The position numbers and the translations under genes were made by a program. A stretch of 64,000 nucleotides of DNA from Rebecca billardiae RCC1528 (lineage: Eukaryota > Protista > Haptophyta): the NCBI GenBank assembly GCA_965240325.2, contig OZ251235.1, positions 1,054,001-1,118,000 on the forward strand, written 5' to 3'. Shown one piece after another: positions 43,580 to 56,200 of the stretch. The notes beneath the pieces are model-generated. The model was not told the origin of the DNA, did not search any database, and saw only the letters and a program-made list of their open reading frames with translations. Each line of letters begins with the position of its first letter. The first letter of the stretch is position 1.

Positions 43580-46186
43580 ATGGTGGACCGCGCCGAGACG
43601 GTCGACCGCGACCGGGCGCGGCGGCTGCTCGAGCAGTCGCGCAACCCGGGGGACCAGGGCCTGGAGAACGCGTGGTACGTGTTCGACGCGCTCCGCCGCG
43701 AGCAGGGCGAGCTGCTCCCCGAGACGGGGCTCGGCAGCGTCACGCGCGCGCGGCTGAAGGTCCAGCATGCGACCGGGCGCGCGCCCGAGCCGCTCGCGCC
43801 AAAGGCGGTGCGCAAGAAGGTGGAGGACGCCAGGGGCGCGAGCCGCACGGCGCATGCGCTCATGCGCTCGATCCCACGCCGCCCCATGAGCGCCGACGCC
43901 ATGCAGTACCAATCGCTCCGCGCGCCGATGCGCCTCTCGCGTCGCGCCAAGCACGCGACCTCATCGCACGCGGCTGCGCGTCGCGCGGTGTCGCGCGCCG
44001 GCGCGGTGCTCGCGTGGGAAGAGCCCGGCGCCCCGGCCGCGGACGTGGATGGGCCCGGCTCGCCGGTCGCGCGGGCGGCGTCGAGCCCCGCCGCTCCCGT
44101 GCCAAAGGCGGCGGGTCGCAGCGGCAGCGGCGGCCGAGGCGGCGGCGGCCGCGGCGCTGCCGGCCCCGATGCTGGCATCAGCGCGGCCGCCAGCGGCGGT
44201 GGCGACGGCGGTGCTGCCGGCCCTGGCGCGGCGGCGCGGCGCGCGAGCATGCACGCGACGCTCGACGAGCGCGTCGCGGCGCAGGTGCGCGAGCGCGCGG
44301 CCGAGTCGCTACGCCCCGGCCCGCGCGCGCGCGCGGGCTCAGCGCCGGCGGTGACGGGCGTGGCCGCCGCCGCGTCGGCCGCCGCACACGAGGCGATGCT
44401 CCGAGCGTCCAGCGTGGCGGCGGGCACGACCGGCGCGGACGCGGAGGCCGCCGGCGGGCGCTCGGCGCTCACCGCCGCCCTCTTCGCCGAGGCTGAGGCG
44501 CGGCTGGCCAGCTGGGACGTCATCATCGGCGGCTCGTCGCTGCGCGCCACCGAGCGCGATGCGAGTGCTGCGGCGAGCGTGCGCGCGAGCGGGCGCGCGG
44601 CGGATGTGGCGGGCGCGCGGAAGGAGCGCGTGGCTCGCGCGCTGCGCAGCGACGCGGTGCGGCGGTCCGACGTCACGGCGGCGGGCGGCGTCGAGTTCGT
44701 CCGCGGCAGGACGTCCGCGGACGCCGCGCCGCTCGTCTCTGCGGAGCAGCCCGTGCGGCGCTACACCTCCAACTACCACGGCGCACTCGTGAACGTGCTC
44801 GACGTGCCCGGCGCGCGCGATCCGTTCGCGCGCGAGTGCCGCGTGTGCCACACGGGCTGGTGCTACGAGTGCCGCGCGTGGGCGCGCCGCGCGCCGCCGC
44901 GCGCGCGCAGGCCCGCGCCGGTGTGGGAGCCCGAGGAGGAGGAGGAGGAGGAGGAGGAGGAGGTCTGCCCGTGGTGCCTCTCGCAGCAGACGCATGAGCT
45001 CTGGCTCGCGTCGGCGGCCAGCGTGGTGCTTACCGACATGCCCGACGTGGTGGAGCACACGCCGGCCACGCTGCAGACCCTGCACGAGCACTTCCGAGGG
45101 CTGCTCGCGCTGTACGAGCGCTTCGCGACCGCGGTGCTCTCGATGGCGCACGCCTCGTTCGCATACACGGTCGACGCGCGCGAGTGGCAGGTGCTGGTGG
45201 CCGAGTGCAAGCTCTCGTCGCTCTTCTTCAAGAAGACGCGCGCCAACATCGTCTTCGCGACGGTGCAGCGGCAGCAGAACCTGCAGCGCGACGTGAAGAA
45301 GAAGCACTCGCGCGAGCTCGACCTCTCCGAGTTCATGGAGGCGCTCGTGCGGCTCTCCTTCGACTACTTCAACCCGCGCTTCCGGGAGTATGGCCAGAAG
45401 GCACACACGACCGTGCCGGAGGCGCTGGCGCAGGCGCTGCGGGAGCATATCCTGCCGGAGGGGGTCGAGTCGATCCCGGTGCATCGCGAGCCGCAGCCCT
45501 CGGTGCGCGACGCGCCCGCCGTCGCCAGGTCGCTCGCCGAGGCGCGGCGCACGCTCCGCGCCGCGTTTCTCGCGTGCCGCCGCTCGGCCGAGGACGCGGG
45601 CCAGGCGCACGCGCTGCGCACGATGAGCCTCAAGGAATGGGCGGACATGCTGCGCCGCGCGGGCGTCGCAAGGATGGCGGGCGTGAGCATGCGCGCGGTG
45701 ACGCAGGCGTTTGTGATGGCGCAGCAGGAGGAGTGGCTGAAGGTGCGGGTGATCGTCGAGACGGACGACATCGCGCAGCTCGACTGGGCGGAGTTCCAGG
45801 AGGCGATCGCGCTGCTCGCCTTTCTCTCCTCCAAGCCTGGGGACGCGGAGCCGGCGGGCGGCGGCAGTTTCGGCGGCGGCAGCTTTGGCGGCAAGGCCGA
45901 GCGCGAGGCGTCGCCGCAGCCGACGCAGGTGACGAGGGTCACCTCGCACCGCCGCGGCTCCAACCCGCGCGTCGAGAACACGCTGGCGATCAAGGCGGCC
46001 ATCGCCGACGGCGGCGAGTCGATCGCCCGGCGCGTGCGCGCCATCTCGACGCAGCTCCAGTCGCACCCGGACGTCGCCGACATGATCAAGCGGCTCAACA
46101 CGCGCGCGCAGCGGCCGGTGAAGATGGCGCACCTGCGCCGCGAGTCGGACGAGTTCTACGCGAGCGTGAGCACGAGCGCGGACTGA
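43580..46186 (+). CDS. Hypothetical protein with a Cys cluster and C-terminal EF-hand-like helical region
   Basis: Long ORF with strong codon bias. CRVCHTGWCYEC...CPWC, ELDLSEFMEALVRLS, LDWAEFQEAIALLA. ATG at 43580 avoids overlap with the divergent gene. Confidence 0.7.
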   Translation: MVDRAETVDRDRARRLLEQSRNPGDQGLENAWYVFDALRREQGELLPETGLGSVTRARLKVQHATGRAPEPLAPKAVRKKVEDARGASRTAHALMRSIPRRPMSADAMQYQSLRAPMRLSRRAKHATSSHAAARRAVSRAGAVLAWEEPGAPAADVDGPGSPVARAASSPAAPVPKAAGRSGSGGRGGGGRGAAGPDAGISAAASGGGDGGAAGPGAAARRASMHATLDERVAAQVRERAAESLRPGPRARAGSAPAVTGVAAAASAAAHEAMLRASSVAAGTTGADAEAAGGRSALTAALFAEAEARLASWDVIIGGSSLRATERDASAAASVRASGRAADVAGARKERVARALRSDAVRRSDVTAAGGVEFVRGRTSADAAPLVSAEQPVRRYTSNYHGALVNVLDVPGARDPFARECRVCHTGWCYECRAWARRAPPRARRPAPVWEPEEEEEEEEEEVCPWCLSQQTHELWLASAASVVLTDMPDVVEHTPATLQTLHEHFRGLLALYERFATAVLSMAHASFAYTVDAREWQVLVAECKLSSLFFKKTRANIVFATVQRQQNLQRDVKKKHSRELDLSEFMEALVRLSFDYFNPRFREYGQKAHTTVPEALAQALREHILPEGVESIPVHREPQPSVRDAPAVARSLAEARRTLRAAFLACRRSAEDAGQAHALRTMSLKEWADMLRRAGVARMAGVSMRAVTQAFVMAQQEEWLKVRVIVETDDIAQLDWAEFQEAIALLAFLSSKPGDAEPAGGGSFGGGSFGGKAEREASPQPTQVTRVTSHRRGSNPRVENTLAIKAAIADGGESIARRVRAISTQLQSHPDVADMIKRLNTRAQRPVKMAHLRRESDEFYASVSTSAD

Positions 46187-46470
46187 GCCGCGCCGGCCGA
46201 TGAGCCGCAACGCGCCACTGCTCCAAAGACCGTAGGGGCAGCGTGCTGCCAACTGCCTCGGTTGGACCGCTCACGGGCGGGGCCGAGGAATTGGCCGAGG
46301 CGGCCTTTTTTTCGGCCCAGTGTGTATACACTGTACCATACAGACTGTATGGGGGTACATTGGCAGATACAGTTTCGTTCGCCGACGTATGTATGCAAGT
46401 ATAAACTCCGTGGACGCCCGCACCACGCAGCCGTCCGGCTGCCCGGCTCGAGACCCCCGTCCAAGACCCC

Positions 46471-47774
46471 ATGGACGCAGCGATCTTGCAAGCCGAGCGC
46501 GACGCCGCGGATGCGAGCCGAAAGGCGGAGCAGGCCCACGACCAGCTGATCGAGTGGACCGAGGGCGAGCGCAAGGTGATCCGCTCGCTCAAGGCCATCG
46601 GCCACGTGCTGCAGGGCGCCGAGTTTGCGCGAGTAAGCTCGGGCTTTGTGGAGCAGCACAAGCAGGCCTTCACGTTCGAGGACGAGAACAAGCTCGAGTA
46701 CACCGCGCTGCACGAGAAGTACGTCGAGCTGATGGAGGAGACAATCATGCGACTCGCCAGTGACGTCGACATGGACGAGCTGCTCGCGCACCTCCCCGAG
46801 TTCATGCGCGACCGCGCGCACAGCGGGAACCCCGAGAACACGGGCGCGACGATCGACTTCCTCCTCTCGCTCACCGACTTCACGACGTTCAAGAACATGA
46901 TGCTCGGCGCGCGTCTCGGCGACAACGTCGACGAGGGCGGCAGCCTCGCCGCGGCGCAGTCCGAGGAGGCCATCGGCGCGCTCAGCACCGAGCTCAAGAT
47001 ACCAGCGGCCGTCGTGGAGCGCGCGCGCGTGCTGCTGCGCCTCACCTCCGCCGACGCCAACGTCGCGTGGCACCACATCTCGGAGAAGAAAGGAGAGTAC
47101 TCGCTGGAGGACACGACACTCAACGGCGTCAAGTACATGCGCTCGCACCTGCTCGTCCCCCTCGACGCGCGCGAGAGCCTCCGTTGCCACTTCAACTGGG
47201 TCGACCCCGAGCTGTGCAAGTGGGACGACAAGTTTGAGAAGATCGAGCCGATCAGCGACGTGCGCGACGGGCCTGTGCACGACCAGCTGTTCCGCGTGTA
47301 CCTCAAGCTGCCCGGCGTGGTGAAGCTGGTGCCCTCCGTGCCCAAGTCGGTCGTCATGCGCATGGTCTGCCAGGAGGACGTGCCCTCGCCAGGCGCGTGT
47401 ACCATCGTGATGACGACGTGGGACCAGGCCACTGACCGGCCGGAGGGCGGCAAGATGTCGATGGTGCGCGCCGCGCTCGTCGTGCCCAACGGCGAGGGTC
47501 GGAGCCACATGTATAACGTCTCGCAGATGCCGTCGGCCATGCCTGGCTGGGTCGCCGCGCTCTTCATGACCAACACGATCATAAAGAGTTTTCCTGTGGT
47601 GCGCGCGCGCGCCGCGCCGCGCGGCAGCGCGCCGGCGTCGGACCGCCGGCATCATTCCAGGCCTGGCATGCGACACTCACAGCTGGGACCCCTCTCTCAA
47701 CTGGCGGCGCGCGCGTGATTCGCGTGGCGCCCCCGTAGGCGACAGCAAAGTACAAGAAGCTGCGAGGCTTGTGA
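46471..47774 (+). CDS. ARL2/ARL3-binding BART domain + START-like lipid-binding domain protein; exons 46471-47598, 47739-47774
   Basis: F.EQH...F.FEDENKLEYTALHEKY and LLSLTDFTTFKNMML (BART). KWDDKF..IE and MPGWVAALF (START-like). Intron at 47599-47738. Confidence 0.75.
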
Positions 47775-48140
47775 GTGACGGACGGTCAAGAGTCAGACCA
47801 GTCCCGTCAGTCCGCACCCTGACTCCTGAGCATGGACCGCACATGTGCGCAGACTTGGCGGTACCGCAGTGCCCGCGCCGCAGTGGCCTGACGCTGCACA
47901 CCTGCTGCATGCGCAGTTATGAGCACCGCCTTCTAATGGCCCTGGAAACGAAGAGGGTTGCTCGACCGTTACGACAGGAGACAATATTAAGATGCACGAC
48001 CTGAGTTCTGAGTGCGTACAGTTGGCGGGCGTCAACCTCGCCTGCCTGAGCTGTGTGCGTCTCTTATTCTTAGTAAACTGTAGCTATACTGTCAAATAAA
48101 CTGTACCGCTAGCTTGTCAGGATCAGTTCTTGAAAGTCTA

Positions 48141-48923
48141 CCGCGCGCGCGTCGCGCTCCTTCTGGCGATCCGGTGTTTACGATAGGCGGATGCAGGGGT
48201 TGCCTGGGGCCGCCAGTCGCCACGGGGGGGGGCAGGGCGGCGAGGCAGCGCCCGCCCGGCAGCACATCGCCCCCCCCGTGGACGCTGACTCAAGCCGCAC
48301 CCACCCCAGCGCGGCGATCCCACGCCAGGGAGGGCGGGCGGGAGGCGGAGGAGCGCCGCTGGCTGTCCGTGAGTGTGCCGGCGCCGCCGCGGCCTGCCGC
48401 CCGGGGGCCCCGGGCCCGGGCGGGGCCGCTGTGCTCAGGCGTCGGCCGGGGCAGGGTGCGCCGGGGGGCAGTCGCGGCGGAAGCGGTCGGCTGCACGACG
48501 TGGGCTGCCCTGACCGGCCCCGAAGGTGCGCCTGTCACGCCGAGGGTCGGCCCGCCTGCAGGTACGCTCACTTTCCGCTTGGTACCCGCGCCGCAAAGGC
48601 GAGCTGCTTCCGACTCACATCTCGTCACCGTGCGGTCACTCCGGCGATGCCGCTGCGAGCGCCGAGCCCGCGTCCGGCCAGGTATACGCCCACCTAGCGG
48701 GGAGGGGCACGGGCGGCGGCGGAGCAGCAACGCGGCAGTCATAACGCGATAACCGCCGCGGACTGCCAAACCCACCACTCCCGTCGCGTCGGCCATCGCC
48801 CCATAACCGCGCGCGCGTCGCGCTCCTTCTGGCGATCCGGTGTTTACGATAGGCGGATGCAGGGGTTGCCTGGGGCCGCCAGTCGCCACGGGGGGGGGCA
48901 GGGCGGCGAGGCAGCGCCCGCCC
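48141..48923. repeat. ~117-bp direct repeat (48141-48257 and 48807-48923) within a repeat-rich block
   Basis: Near-identical ccgcgcgcgcgtcgcgctccttctggcgatccggtgtttacgatagg... copies. Confidence 0.85.
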
Positions 48924-50486
48924 AAAGAGGCGCAGCGCCAGGCGCCACGCCGGCGTGGCCGGCGTCGGCCGGCGCGGCCGAGGCCAGGCCCGGCCCCGAC
49001 CCCCAGAGGCGCAGCGCCCTGCCCACCACCACGCCGCACGCCGCCGGTGTGAGGCCGCGGAGCGGCGGACTGGGTGCCCCCCCCCCTCCCCCCCAGCGCT
49101 CACTGCGCTCAGCCCCTGCCAGAGGTCGCCGAGAGCCCGCAGCGACCGGCGGACCACAGGACCACTGGCGTAACCCGCCCGTCGTCGCGCGCCGGCACAG
49201 GCCAGGCGAAGCGCTGCAGGTGACCCGCAGGCCACGCCGTCCACTTGCCCGACGAAACCGCCCAGCAGCACGCGCGCACTGCCGCCGCCGCCGCCGGCCG
49301 GCGAGAGCGCATGCGCCCGAGCCGTCGCGGAACACACCCGAGCCGACATGAGGCGCAGGTATCGACGTCGGCTTGCCGACAACGTCGTCAACCACGCGCC
49401 TGCAGACCGCACGAGCGCCCGTGAAAGCGCGCCGAAAAGGGGCGTGCGAGGTGACGCGCACGGTGCGCGAATGGTGATGGCCGTGCGGCGCACGAATGAC
49501 GATCGGTGCGCGCGCACGATGAGCGGTGCACGCGCGGGCGGATCGGAGCGCGCGCATGATAAACGGCGCATGATACTCGGCGCGCGCGCATGACGGCGCG
49601 CGCGCATGATGATCGGCGCTGGTCGGTGCGCGCGCATGATGATCGTCACGCGATGATCGGCGCGCGCGCATGACCATGCGCGCGCGTGACGAATTCGCCG
49701 CAACGGCTCGCGCGAGAGGCACAAGGCGATTGACGATGAACGCGACCACGTTCGAGCGCTCGAGCGAAGCAGGAGGTGATGAGTGAGGAAGATGGCACAG
49801 GAATGGGAGAGGAACGCGTGGCGCGTGGCGGGAAGGGCCAGGCACGCTCGGCGTGAGGAAAGGAACGCGCGTAGAAACGGAACGGAACGGAAAGCAGCGG
49901 TTCGAGCGATAGACAGGAGGTGATTGACGATGATGAGCGCGTCCGCGCTCGAGCGACGCAGAAGGTGACGAGCGAGGAAGACCAAGGCCAGGTGAAAGCG
50001 CCGCAGGTGGCCAGCGGGCCACGTCGCTTTTCGCGCCCGAAAACGCCCAGCAGCGCGCGCGCCCCGCTGCAGTGGCAGCCGACCGGCGAGAGCTGCATCC
50101 GCCAGAGCCGCCACGCGGCGCAGGTATCAACGCCGGCCCGCCGACAACGTCGTCCCCGACACCCCGGCCACAGACACCACGTACACCCATGTAAGCGCGC
50201 CGAAAGGTGCGCGCGAGGATGGCGCACTCGGCACCCGAATGATGATGATGGTTGCGCGGAGCACGAATGATGATCGGCGCGCGCGGGTATCAACGCCAGC
50301 CCGCCGACGACGTCGTCCCCCACGCCCCGGCCACAGACACCACGTACGCCCATGTAAGCGCGCCGAAAGGTGTGTGCGATGATGGCACGCTCGGCACCCG
50401 GATGATGATGCGATGGTTACGCTGAGCACGAAGTGATGATCGGCGCGCGCACATGATGATGATCGGCGCGCGCGCATGAGAAGACA

Positions 50487-50990
50487 GGTGCGAGTGACGC
50501 GCGGAGAAGATGCGCGCGGAGACGATAGGCGCGGAGGACATAGGCGCAAGTAACGCGCGGAGGAGATAGGCGCAAGTAACGCGCGGAGAAGATAGGCGCA
50601 AGTAACGCGCGGAGAAGATATAGTAGGCGCAAGTAACGCGCGGAGACATAGGCGCAAGTAACGCGCGGAGAAGATAGGCGCAAGTAAACGCGCGGAGAAG
50701 ATATAGTAGGCGCAAGTAACGCGCGGAGACAGGCGCAAGTAACGCGCGGAGAAGTAGATAGTATAGGCGCAAGTAACGCGCGGAGGAGGTATAGGCACAA
50801 GTGACGCGCGGAGACAGGCGCAAGAAACGCGTGGGGAAGTAGATATAGTAGGCGCAAGTAACGCGCGGAGAAGTAGATAGGCGCAAGTGACGCGCGGAGA
50901 CAGGCGCAAGTAACGCGCGGAGAAGTAGATAGTAGGCGCAAGTAACGCGCGGAGATGAGATAGGCGCAAGTGACGCGCGGAGAAGATAGG
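50487..50990. repeat. Minisatellite, ~24-35-bp unit AGGCGCAAGTAACGCGCGGAGAAGAT
   Basis: About 17 tandem variants. Confidence 0.92.
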
Positions 50991-51036
50991 GTGCGCACAC
51001 GATGATCGGCGCATGATGATCGGCGCGCGCGCGAGG

Positions 51037-51123
51037 GATAGACAGATAGACAGATAGACAGATAGACAGATAGACAGATAGACAGATAGACAGATAGATA
51101 GACAGATAGATAGACAGATAGAC
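51037..51123. repeat. (GATAGACA)n/(GATA)n microsatellite
   Basis: Direct inspection. Confidence 0.95.
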
Positions 51124-51425
51124 GCGCGAGTGAGCGACGGCGAGCTGTAGAGAAGGGTGAGTCGTGCGGCGGCGAGTGGCGGCGGCGTGCTTGCAGCGCG
51201 GCAGCGGCGTGCGGCGAGCGCGAACACGCGGAGCGCGCGCGGCTCCGCTGTTGCGCCCCGAGGGGCCCGCGCCGAAGAAGCGCGCTCGCTCGAGCGGGGG
51301 GCAGATCGAAGGTGATGAAGCGCGCGGTTCCGCTCAAGCGAAGTAGAAGGTGATGAGCGACGAGTGTGCCCGACGGACGACAGCGCAACGACACCTCACG
51401 CGCCGCCCCGCCGGCCGCCCAACAG

Positions 51426-51625
51426 NNNNNNNNNNNNNNNNNNNNNNNNNNNNNNNNNNNNNNNNNNNNNNNNNNNNNNNNNNNNNNNNNNNNNNNNNNN
51501 NNNNNNNNNNNNNNNNNNNNNNNNNNNNNNNNNNNNNNNNNNNNNNNNNNNNNNNNNNNNNNNNNNNNNNNNNNNNNNNNNNNNNNNNNNNNNNNNNNNN
51601 NNNNNNNNNNNNNNNNNNNNNNNNN
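51426..51625. other. Assembly gap (200 N)
   Basis: Run of n. Confidence 1.
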
Positions 51626-51710
51626 GCCCCGAGAGTGTCTGACAGTCAGGGCCCCGGGGTTGAGACTTGAGACTGTGTGCGTCCAACTTATTCTTAGTAA
51701 ACTGATGTCG

Positions 51711-51794
51711 TACAGTTTACTATGATTTAACGTGCACACTTGGTTAAGGCGTGATTAACGCCATCCAACACTGCACAAAGACACCGCCACAAAA
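51711..51794. mobile_element. Element end TA|CAGTTTACTATGATTTAACGTGCAC..., reverse complement of 18242-18325
   Basis: 84-bp identity with the other copy. Confidence 0.65.
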
Positions 51795-51859
51795 CAGACC
51801 GGCGCAGGCAGGTGAGGGGCGCGTTGCCAGTCTGCTGTCAGAAGACCCAGCGGCAGAGG

Positions 51860-53143
51860 ATGGCGGCGCCGATCATGCATCAGGCGGCCGGCAGATCACG
51901 TGTCGCCACGGCGGTGGCCGACGCGCCCGAAGTCGCCGAGGAGCGCGTGACGGCGAGGCGGGTTGGCAGCAGAGCCCTCACCGCAGCGCAGCTTGAGGTC
52001 ATTGAGGACGGGCCGTACCGAGAGCTGGAGGAGGACGAGGTGCACGCGGACGATGACGACGGCGTGCGCAAGCGCGCGGTCGTGCACGGCCGATGGCACT
52101 GGCTACTGGCACCGGGCGCGGTGATCGCGCTCACGGTGCTGACGCTCGTGCTGCGATCCACAACGCTCACCCGCGTGGACTACGAGATCCTACCGTTGCC
52201 CTGCATGCTCTGCGTCACTACCATCTACGGCTTGCGCGCGGCGACTCGGGCCGCGGAGCGCGACCCGAGCTGCCGCGGAATCGTGCTGCCGGGCGACGTC
52301 ACGGTGCCGGCGCACGCGGGCATGGTGCAGGCGGTGGCCGTGTGGCTCTCGCTTCTCCCTCACCTGCTCGTCATCTACATCGTCGGCGTCTTCGCGCTCT
52401 TTGGCGGCTCGAGGCTTGTGCCAGTGTTGCTCGCCGTGCCGACAGTGCTGCTGCTCAGCGAGCTGCTCGTGAAGCGCGCGCTCAAGCAGCCGAGGCCGGC
52501 GGGCTCGCTCGTGCGCAAGTCGCATGGCATGCCATCCTCGCACTCCGTCATCTGCGGCCTGATTGTCGCCTGGCACGTCCTCGACTCGTTTGCGTTGGAG
52601 CTGATGCGCGCGCTCGGCGGGCCGCAAGCGCGTGCGTACGTGGTCGCCGATTTCCTCGCGGTGACGAGCAGCCCACTCGTGCGGCCGGCGCCGGTCTGGG
52701 CGCGCGTGTGGTACAACCTGGTGTTACTTCCGCCCTTCAGCGCCGTGCCGTGGGCGCGCGTCGTCCTGCGCGACCACACACGTGCACAGGTGCTCGTGGG
52801 CGCCGCGTGCGGCGTGGCGTTTGCGCTGCCTTGGTTTTTCTTCACGGAGTGCGTTCTGTATCCGTGGCTGCAGGGGCTGTGCGACTGGGACATGCGCCCG
52901 GGCTGCTTCGTGCAGCCGTGGCTCACGCTCGACGGCCAGCTGGCCGCGCGAACCGCGCACCTGGGCGCGAGCGCTGTGCTTCCCTCGGCGGCACCTCTGT
53001 CCTCTACTCAACAGCACCCTGACACCGCAAGCGCTGCCATCAACGGCAGCTTCCCGGCGCTGGACCTTGGACCCGGCGAAGCGCACGCCGTCATCTTGCT
53101 CGGCTCGCAGCTCGAGCCGGGGGCTCCGCCGCGGTGGACGTGA
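51860..53143 (+). CDS. PAP2-family membrane phosphatase (dolichyl-diphosphatase-like)
   Basis: C1 KRALKQPRP, C2 GMPSSHS, C3 ARVVLRDHTRAQV, with several TM helices. Confidence 0.88.
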   Translation: MAAPIMHQAAGRSRVATAVADAPEVAEERVTARRVGSRALTAAQLEVIEDGPYRELEEDEVHADDDDGVRKRAVVHGRWHWLLAPGAVIALTVLTLVLRSTTLTRVDYEILPLPCMLCVTTIYGLRAATRAAERDPSCRGIVLPGDVTVPAHAGMVQAVAVWLSLLPHLLVIYIVGVFALFGGSRLVPVLLAVPTVLLLSELLVKRALKQPRPAGSLVRKSHGMPSSHSVICGLIVAWHVLDSFALELMRALGGPQARAYVVADFLAVTSSPLVRPAPVWARVWYNLVLLPPFSAVPWARVVLRDHTRAQVLVGAACGVAFALPWFFFTECVLYPWLQGLCDWDMRPGCFVQPWLTLDGQLAARTAHLGASAVLPSAAPLSSTQQHPDTASAAINGSFPALDLGPGEAHAVILLGSQLEPGAPPRWT

Positions 53144-53299
53144 TGATGATGATGATGATGATGATCCGTTCGATCTCGATTTGAACTACGTGCCTCCGAG
53201 CGCGGGGCGGCCGCTTGCTGCCGAATGGCCGCCTCGATGAGGTGCGGCAACGCGCCCCTCCCCCGGCGTTAGACTGCCCTGAGGGCAACGGGGCTTATA

Positions 53300-56200
53300 C
53301 TGCCCTGACCCAGGCGCCGCGTTTCGGCCCGCACTGGGGCGCGGCAAGGGTGGTCAGGGTCGCCGACTCCAGCGGAGTCCGGCGCCGGAGGTTCACCTAC
53401 AGATTTTTGCAGCGGAGCGGCCGCGCGGGGCCGCCGCCGCTGTGGCGGGCCGCTTGGGGCGTGCACGGCGTGGGCTCGTGCGGCCGCTGCTGCGCACGCC
53501 GAGCGATCTAGCGCGGTCTCGCGGCTTGTTGATGGCCTCGCGCGCCGCAGCGCGCCGCGCGCCTTGCCTAGCTTCACCTGTCTCGCGCCTCGGCCGCCGT
53601 GCACGCATGCGGGGCCAAACCGCAAGCTCGGCGTGCCTCTCAGCCGAGCGTGCACGTGCCTTGCGCGACGCGACGCGGGCATTGCCGCCGGGCGATGTAG
53701 CCGTAGGGTGGGCGCGCGACGTGAAGCCTCGGCGCGGATCGAGAGTGTCTTCAACGTCTCGGTCAGCTGTCGACAACTGCTGACGCATCAACCACCAATG
53801 GACATCACGGTCCTCCGTTGAACGATGGGATATCGCGACGCTGCGACTCGTGAAGACTAGTCGAGCGTTGTAGTCAAAAATACAAACGCCACTATGACGT
53901 GTGTGTGGGCCTTGCGTGACGATGCGACGTGACGATCGCCCCGGCAAGAGAGTCAGTCGTGCAGCTTTCAGCACTGCTCAACGCACAGACGGTCCACACG
54001 CGTACGCGGCATCATTTCATTGTTCTCGATCCGCGCCGAGGCTTCACGTCGCGCGCTCACCCTACGGCTACATCGCCCGGCGGCAATGCCCGCGTCGCGT
54101 CGCGCAAGGCACGTGCACGCTCGGCTGAGAGGCACGCCGAGCTTGCGGTTTGGCCCCGCATGCGTGCACGGCGGCCGAGGCGCGAGACAGGTGAAGCTAG
54201 GCAAGGCGCGCGGCGCGCTGCGGCGCGCGAGGCCATCAACAAGCCGCGAGACCGCGCTAGATCGCTCGGCGTGCGCAGCAGCGGCCGCACGAGCCCACGC
54301 CGTGCACGCCCCAAGCGGCCCGCCACAGCGGCGGCGGCCCCGCGCGGCCGCTCCGCTGCAAAAATCTGTAGGTGAACCTCCGGCGCCGGACTCCGCTGGA
54401 GTCGGCGACCCTGACCACCCTTGGGCGCGGCCAGGGCAGGCCAAGGCGGCTGCCCTGACCTCTCGTCTCGGCAGGCTGCCCGTGGGCTCCGACGGGCGAC
54501 GGCTCCGCTACTCGCGTGCGACGCTTTCCGCCAAGCGCGATACCGGCCCGCCCCCCCCGCGTTGAAGCGCGCTGGTGCACGAGCTCGCGTGTTGAGCGCC
54601 ATGGACGCTCTACGTTGGGCAGCGCCTCGCTCGCTCGCGCCTGTGGTGCCGCGCGCGCGCGTGCGCGCATGCTCAAGAGCCGCCGCCCGGCAAAGCTGAT
54701 GTACGCACGCGAGAGCACTGCCTTGATGCTGACCAGCGCGGTGGCTCGCATCTCGCAAGATGAGACGAATCCGATGTTTGCTTTCATCGCCTTGGAGCCC
54801 TCTCGCGCGTGGCCACCACAAGCACGCGCGTGCGCACGCACTGAGCAGCGCAGCGCAACACGACGCGTGTGCTCTTCTCGCGCTGCCATCCATCTCCCGA
54901 CGCAGAGGGCTCGAGCCTGTGCGCGCGCCTTGCCCTGCAGATGTGCGTATGCTCGCTGAACAGATCCGTGGGGGCGCCGAGCAGTCGGCGGCGTGCAGGT
55001 TGGGGGAGCAGCTTGAGAGTTGGCCTTGCGCCGCTGCTGCAGAGCCGAAGTCTCCTGGGACGCAGCCCTGGCGGCGCTGGGGGCGCGCACAGCGCGCGCT
55101 CGTACGGCCGTGGATGCGGCCGTGCAGGCCGAAGCCGCCTCTGGGCAGCCGCGAGAGAGCGCGCGGCGCCCTCCCATGCCGCGCGCCTCGCTCGCGCCAC
55201 GTTCGCCTCGTCTCAGGCCAGCGCGTACGCGCACGCGAGCGCGAGCGCCAGCCGTGCGCGCAGCCAACTGTCATCAGCTCGCGCGGGCGCGGGCCGCTGT
55301 GCGGTCGGCGTGAGTCAGGCGAGCCGCCGGGTGAGCCATTGGATGAGTTTGAGATGTCTTTGACGTGTAAACTGCTTCTCGCATCGTCGCGCTCGCGCGC
55401 CCGTGCCCCCGCGCCCGTGCTGTCATGTGACGATGCGTAGTTGCGTACGCAGCTTGTGCTACTTGCAGTGTGGCGGCCCAGCGCACACAAGTCTTGGAAC
55501 ACCTCAGATATGCACGTCGAAAGGAGAACGGCGTAGCTTCCGCACGGGGCGTGAGCGAGCTCATGCTAGACGAGGTCATTTGCTTAGCTGCTTAGCACCA
55601 ACGAGATCTCAACCTCACCCGGCGGCTCGCCTGACTCCGCCGACCGCACAGCGGCCCGCGCCCGCGCGAGCTGATGACAGTTGGCTGCGCGCACGGCTGG
55701 CGCTCGTGCACGCGTGCGCGTACGCGCTGGCCTGAGACGAGGCGAACGTGGCGCGAGCGAGGCGCGCGGCATGGGAGGGCGCCGCGCGCTCTCTCGCGGC
55801 TGCCCAGAGGCGGCTTCGGCCTGCACGGCCGCATCCACGGCCGTACGAGCGCGCGCTGTGCGCGCCCCCAGCGCCGCCAGGGCTGCGTCCCAGGAGACTT
55901 CGGCTCTGCAGCAGCGGCGCAAGGCCAACTCTCAAGCTGCTCCCCCAACCTGCACGCCGCCGACTGCTCGGCGCCCCCACGGATCTGTTCAGCGAGCATA
56001 CGCACATCTGCAGGGCAAGGCGCGCGCACAGGCTCGAGCCCTCTGCGTCGGGAGATGGATGGCAGCGCGAGAAGAGCACACGCGTCGTGTTGCGCTGCGC
56101 TGCTCAGTGCGTGCGCACGCGCGTGCTTGTGGTGGCCACGCGCGAGAGGGCTCCAAGGCGATGAAAGCAAACATCGGATTCGTCTCATCTTGCGAGATGC

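Noticed and set aside
42980-44676. Apparent long overlap between the 697-aa (-) and 1068-aa (+) ORFs
   Set aside because: Each extension is the antisense of the other gene. Using ATG 43515 and 43580 removes the overlap.
50487-50990. Regular ~27-bp repeats as a CRISPR array (also 57880-58735)
   Set aside because: No unique spacers, no cas genes, and the context is eukaryotic. These are minisatellites.
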